The notes under the pieces were generated by a model. The model did no database searches. It was not told the DNA's origin and was given only the letters and a program-made list of their open reading frames with translations. From positions 32,001 through 96,000 of the IMG/VR virus record IMGVR_UViG_3300035497_000258: a stretch of 64,000 nucleotides of DNA; one strand, given 5' to 3'. Numbering within the stretch: the first letter of the stretch is position 1; the number at the start of each line of letters is the position of its first letter. Origin of the DNA: a virus (taxonomy: Duplodnaviria > Caudoviricetes). The position numbers and the translations under genes were made by a program. Shown here piece by piece: positions 59,463 to 64,000 of the stretch.

Positions 59463-59539
59463 GCGTCAGTGGCCAAGTTGGTAAGGCTCCAAACTTTTAA
59501 TTTGGAAATGCGTGAGTTCAAGTCTCACCTGACGCACCA
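59463..59539 (+). tRNA. tRNA-Lys(TTT)
   Basis: CCAAA-CTTTTAA-TTTGG anticodon arm; ACCA. Confidence 0.9.
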
Positions 59540-59696
59540 TTTTAGACACTCACAGCAACCATTCTAAAGATTTAATGTTATAAAATTTTTGCCTGTGTCT
59601 AGTTATTTTAAATTTAGAAAGGAGAATATGAATGTACGATATTGATGATTTTATTTTTGGAAATGAGACTCCCACTATCAGCAATAGATGAATATG

Positions 59697-59753
59697 ATGT
59701 ATAATGCGGCCGATGATGGTGGTTCCAAGCCCACGCAAACGCAGAGGATACAT
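59697..59753 (+). ncRNA. Twister ribozyme (P1-type) abutting tRNA-Ser
   Basis: ATGT-a-TAA-TGCG-GC-n8-GTGG-TTCCAAGC-CCAC-n5-CGCA-GAG-gat-ACAT follows the twister layout (UAA cleavage loop, CAAGC loop, GAG, both pseudoknots possible). Confidence 0.8.
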
Positions 59754-59843
59754 AGAGGATTACCCAAGTTAGGTTATAAGGGGTCAGTTCGCTAAACTGA
59801 TAGGGCTACGGCCGCAAGAGTTCGAATCTCTTATCCTCTGCCA
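59754..59843 (+). tRNA. tRNA-Ser(GCT)
   Basis: TCAGT-TCGCTAA-ACTGA anticodon arm; long variable arm; GCCA. Confidence 0.88.
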
Positions 59844-60014
59844 TAGTAGATACCAACAGCAAACTTTCTGGTGATTGTAGTATCTAGTTTTAAGGCTTCC
59901 TTCTTACGAGGGAAGCCTTTCTTTTATGCTCAAAACCCTGGACAAAAATATATAATTCATAGTTTTAATTTTTTAGAATACTATGAGATAGTATTGAAAA
60001 GGGGAGACTTGCAT

Positions 60015-60317
60015 ATGATTACAGCTAGTACAAATAATATTCGCAAGACTTTCTATAATATGGCTGAGTTCTTATGCGATTATCAAAGTGATGTAGCTGA
60101 TTTGCCTACTGATTGTGGAGTTGGTTCTAAAGCTTTTGTGATTGAAAACTCTAATGTTTATATTTTAAATGGTTCAAAAATATGGATTTTGTAGAGTACG
60201 ACTGGAAATGAAAGTTCATCTTCAGGCGAAAATAATTCTTATGATGGCGGAGATTTAGATGATAACTTTTCTTCTTCAGGTGAAAACAATCTCTATGATG
60301 GTGGCGACTTAGACTAA
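60015..60317 (+). CDS. Small structural-operon protein (100 aa) with duplicated SSSGENNxYDGGDLD tail, TAG=Gln
   Basis: Read-through of TAG 60192-60194 adds two tandem repeats and ends at TAA. Confidence 0.65.
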
Positions 60318-60340
60318 AATTATAGAGGAGTGGAAAAGGT

Positions 60341-60685
60341 TTGGCTGAAACAACAATAATTAAATTTAAGCGTGGTTCTGCAAATACATGGATTCGATTA
60401 AATCCAATACTTGAATCTGGCGAGCCTGGATATGAAAAAGATACAGGCAAACTTAAAATTGGAGATGGCACTACTGCTTGGAATGATTTAAAATACTTCG
60501 AGGGAGAAGCATCCATTTCTATTGATAATAAAAGTTTGACTTTATACGGCGATGCCATAGAATTATACGGTTTTAGTGCAGCGACCGCCGGTCAAATCCC
60601 TTCTAAAGGGAGCGACGGAAATCTTGAATGGGTTGACAAGAATATTCCTTTAACTGAAAAGGAAATTCTTTCAATATTAAATTAA
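60341..60685 (+). CDS. Fibre-associated protein with hyaluronidase-N/Mtd-N-like domain
   Basis: KRGSANTW..LNPILESGEPGYEKDTGKLKIGDGTTAWNDLKY. Confidence 0.8.
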   Translation: MAETTIIKFKRGSANTWIRLNPILESGEPGYEKDTGKLKIGDGTTAWNDLKYFEGEASISIDNKSLTLYGDAIELYGFSAATAGQIPSKGSDGNLEWVDKNIPLTEKEILSILN

Positions 60686-60701
60686 AAGGGGAGGTTATCA
60701 A

Positions 60702-61454
60702 ATGGTAAAAGTTCTTGACCAAGCTGGTTTAGTTACATTATGGGCGCAAATTAAGGGCTATAATGCAGACGCTATTTCTGAAGCTTTAACTAACTATAAA
60801 ACTAGCTCTGAATTAGTTGAAATCTTAAGTGATTATGTCACAGAAGATAAACTTCAAGAAGCTATTGCAGAAGTTACTACAGACGTAACTAGAGTATTTA
60901 CTTATAAGGGTAGTATTGATAATTATTCTGAATTACCTGCTGATGCAGCTATTGGAGACGTTTATAATGTCATAAATGCAGACGCAGATAATGGTATTAA
61001 TCCTGGTGATAATGTTGTTTGGACTGGAGATTCTTGGGATAAACTTGCTGGCTCTATTGATCTGAGTAATTATGCTACTAAGTCTGATCTTGATAATAAA
61101 ACTACTTAGAGCATTAAAGACGTGAATGGCGAGTCGCTTGTTTGGAATGAAACTTCTGGCGGTGGCGCTAAATTTATTCATACTGATGGTACTGAATCTT
61201 TCGTTGGAGTAAATGATGGTGGCGCCAATGGCATGGTTGCTCAAATTTATGCTGATAAAGAGGTTAATGGCGACTGGATCGGTTCACGTTTAAACGTGTA
61301 TCAAAAAGGTATGTTCTATCACAATGCAGAAGATAAAGCTTCTGGTAATTATGTTGCTGATGATCCTGAGCATGAAGTAGCAGTTAAGAAAGATATCGAG
61401 GCTGTTATTCCTGAAGCCTTAACCGAGGATGAAATTAAAACTATTTGCGTATAA
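60702..61454 (+). CDS. Virion fibre/decoration-type protein (250 aa), one TAG=Gln
   Basis: YKGS....LP...GDVYNV...GDNVVWTG..WDKLAG.IDLSNY motif; two track ORFs joined across TAG 61107-61109. Confidence 0.75.
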
Positions 61455-61472
61455 GGGAAGGAGGACAATTAA

Positions 61473-61835
61473 GTGTCTAAATTCCTAGACCAATCAGGCG
61501 TAAGTATACTATGGACTCTTATGAAAGATAAGGGTTCAAAAAGAGATAATTATTTTAATTATGAAGATACCTATGTCCCTGATAATGGACAAATTTGTTT
61601 TGTAGATACCGCTAAAGATGGTCTACAAATAAAAATCGGTGATGGTATTACTCCATGGATCTAGCTTTCATACCTCTAGGCATCTGAGGATTCCGCGGGT
61701 ATTATGAAACTTTATCAAAGTTTAGGAACTAATACAGATGGAGCGATAAGTTAGAAAGTTATTACCGATGAATTAGAGAATAAATTTAGCGTAGAAGTGA
61801 ATAACTCTCAAGAGCTTATTCGTTTTTATAAATAA
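61473..61835 (+). CDS. Fibre-associated protein (120 aa), TAG=Gln
   Basis: KIGDG motif; GTNTDGAIS(TAG)KVIT resembles the common fibre motif DGxxxQKxxT. Confidence 0.7.
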
Positions 61836-61857
61836 AAAATAAGGAGATTTTTAATTT

Positions 61858-63057
61858 ATGTCAATTTTTGAATATACTGCTGGCTCTGTGCTAAGCCAAA
61901 TTGAGCTAGGCGGCGTTACTTATTTATTAAAAGACGCTGATGCACGTAGTATTTTAGACACTCTGGGTAATGCTTCTTTAAAGGATGTTTCTACTAGCGG
62001 TGTTGCTGAAGGCGAGAATGGTCTTGTCACAGGTGCTCAAGTTCAGTCTGCTATTGCTGGTTTAACAGGTGTTCTGCATTTTAAAGGCAAGCTTGATGAG
62101 TTGCCCACTGATGTTTCTACATATGAGAGTGGCGATGTCATCATTGTTGGTACTAAAGAGTATCTTTTTTATGATGGTGCATTTACTGAACTTGGTGATG
62201 AAGGCGCATATGTCCCTAAGACCCGTAAGATCGCTAATATCGCTCTCGACGCTGACATCAGCGTAGCTTCTTTACAATCTGCGCTTGGCTTAAAGGCTCT
62301 TGCTTATAAGGATTCAGCTTCTGGCACTGTTGAAGTTACTACTGGTATCAATGGCGCTTCTTATACTCCTGCTGGTACTGTTTCCACCACTCTTTCTACT
62401 GAATCTAGTACTGTGAGTTCTTCTGGTAAATTTACTCCTGAAGGTTCGGTATCTGGTAGCGTGACTCCTTCTGGTAAAGTGACACTCTCTGTTGATAATA
62501 CTAATGGCGTTACTCTTGGTGGCACTGTATCAGCTCCTACAATTACTGTGACTCCTTCTACTACTACCGTAAAGCATATTTCTTCTGTGGGTACTCTTCC
62601 TTCTTATACAGCGGCTTCTTATACCGCTCCTAGCGTATCTGAATCTACTAGTAATTTTGCTACTTCTGGCGTGACTGCTACTGTGAGTGGTGAAACTCTG
62701 ACTTTAGGTACTGCTTCTACTAGTGCCGCTGTGACTTCTACTGGCTTTAAAGCTGGTTCTTTCACTGATGGTACATTTTCTGCTGGTACTCTACCTTCTC
62801 TTGATAGCGGCATTACTGTGGTTACTGGTATTGAATCAGCTACTGCTACCGCTCCTACCTTTACCGGTAATAAATATTCTGCCACTTTCGCAGGGAATAC
62901 TAATACAATTTCTGCTACATTTAGTGGTTCTGAAGGTGACGTCAGTGTAAGTGGTAGTTATACTAAAGCTACTGATGTTTCTAGTACATTTAAGGGTACA
63001 GCAGATACTATTACTCCCACTCTGACAAAGAGTACAAAGACTGTTACTGTTTCCTAA
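61858..63057 (+). CDS. Ser/Thr-rich virion fibre-like protein (399 aa), no TAG
   Basis: YxLKDAxAR N-terminus; (Y/F)TPxG.V and P.FTG repeats. Confidence 0.75.
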   Translation: MSIFEYTAGSVLSQIELGGVTYLLKDADARSILDTLGNASLKDVSTSGVAEGENGLVTGAQVQSAIAGLTGVLHFKGKLDELPTDVSTYESGDVIIVGTKEYLFYDGAFTELGDEGAYVPKTRKIANIALDADISVASLQSALGLKALAYKDSASGTVEVTTGINGASYTPAGTVSTTLSTESSTVSSSGKFTPEGSVSGSVTPSGKVTLSVDNTNGVTLGGTVSAPTITVTPSTTTVKHISSVGTLPSYTAASYTAPSVSESTSNFATSGVTATVSGETLTLGTASTSAAVTSTGFKAGSFTDGTFSAGTLPSLDSGITVVTGIESATATAPTFTGNKYSATFAGNTNTISATFSGSEGDVSVSGSYTKATDVSSTFKGTADTITPTLTKSTKTVTVS

Positions 63058-63079
63058 TTAAAAGGACGGTGTGAAGTAA

Positions 63080-64000
63080 GTGGCAGATTTAGCTAATATT
63101 AAAGTAGGCAGCACCACTTACACTCTAAAAGATACTGCTGCGAGGGATCGTCTTGACATTATTGAGACGACCCTCGCATCAGGACTTATCTTTAAGGGTA
63201 CAGTCTCAAGTGCTGCCGATATTACAGGATTAACGGATTATAAAGTTGGTTGGACTTACAAAGCCTCTGCCTCTTTTAGTATAACAAATATAGGAAGTAT
63301 AGAATCAGGAGACATGATTATTTGTGTTTCTGCGTATAGTTCTTCCTATAAAGCAACAGACTGGACTGTGGTTTAGAATAATGTTGATACATTTACTGGC
63401 GCAAGTGCGAGCACGGCAGGTACAAGGGGTTTAGTGCCCTAGCCTTCCGCAGGTAGCCAATCTAAGTTCTTACGTGGAGACGCGACTTGGGCTTCTATAG
63501 ACTCAGTACCTAAATTAACCACTGCCCGCACAATAACTGTGGACGGCGATGAGTCGGGCTCTGCTTCTTTTGATGGTTCTTCTAATGTTACTATCAATCT
63601 AACTGATAATCGCTTTGTAATGGGCACTCAGACAGCTTCTACCGCAGATTGGACTGGTAATTTACATGGTGTCAAAGCATTATATGATGGACTTTGTATT
63701 AATTATTGGCTTCCTTATGCTTCTGTGAGTAGTACTAATGTTACTTTAAATTTAACTCTCGACGATGGTACTACTACAGGCGCTATTGATTGTTATAGAT
63801 GGGCAACTTCAAGATTAACTACGCATTATGGGGCCAATTATCTTGTTACATTAACCTATCGTTCTGGAGTAAATATTAATGGAACTACTTATACTGGTTG
63901 GTGGGCTACTGGTGATGCAAATTCTACTTACTCTAATGCTTCACTGGGATAGGGATATGTAACGTGCTCAACAGCGGCAGCTACTACTGCCAAAACAGCT
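63080..64000 (+). CDS. Tail fibre-type protein (partial), TAG=Gln
   Basis: YTLKDTAAR; DWTVV(TAG)NNVD; GLVP..AG...FLRGDATW; KLTTARTITVDGD.SGSASFDGSSNV; track ORFs 63080 and 63539 are in frame. Confidence 0.8.

Noticed and set aside
60015-64000. Diversity-generating retroelement suggested by the Mtd-N-like domain
   Set aside because: No reverse transcriptase and no TR/VR pair seen in the window

Overview
A 64-kb segment of a large tailed (siphovirus-like) phage genome, probably infecting Bacillota/Clostridia (AbrB-type regulator, sigmaA-type promoters, AGGAGG RBSs). The phage appears to recode TAG as Gln (translation table 15), so the supplied code-11 ORF track fragments most late genes. 1-32.6 kb (minus strand) is the virion morphogenesis module: TerS-like gene, TerL, GIY-YIG endonuclease, portal, prohead protease/scaffold, decoration protein, MCP, connector genes, major tail protein, a 2765-aa tape measure and a large tail protein. 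Six group I introns interrupt this module (3 in TerL, 1 in the major tail gene, 2 in the tape measure), and two of them carry homing endonucleases. 33-57.5 kb (mostly plus strand) is an early/middle region of small ORFs readable in the standard code, interleaved with dense repeated promoter, operator and hairpin elements. 57.9-59.9 kb is a tRNA array (7 tRNAs plus one atypical tRNA-like element) with a twister-like ribozyme and a repeated ACAGCAA hairpin motif. 60-64 kb is a second TAG-recoded structural (fibre-like) operon. All product calls come from motif recognition and gene order, not database searches.
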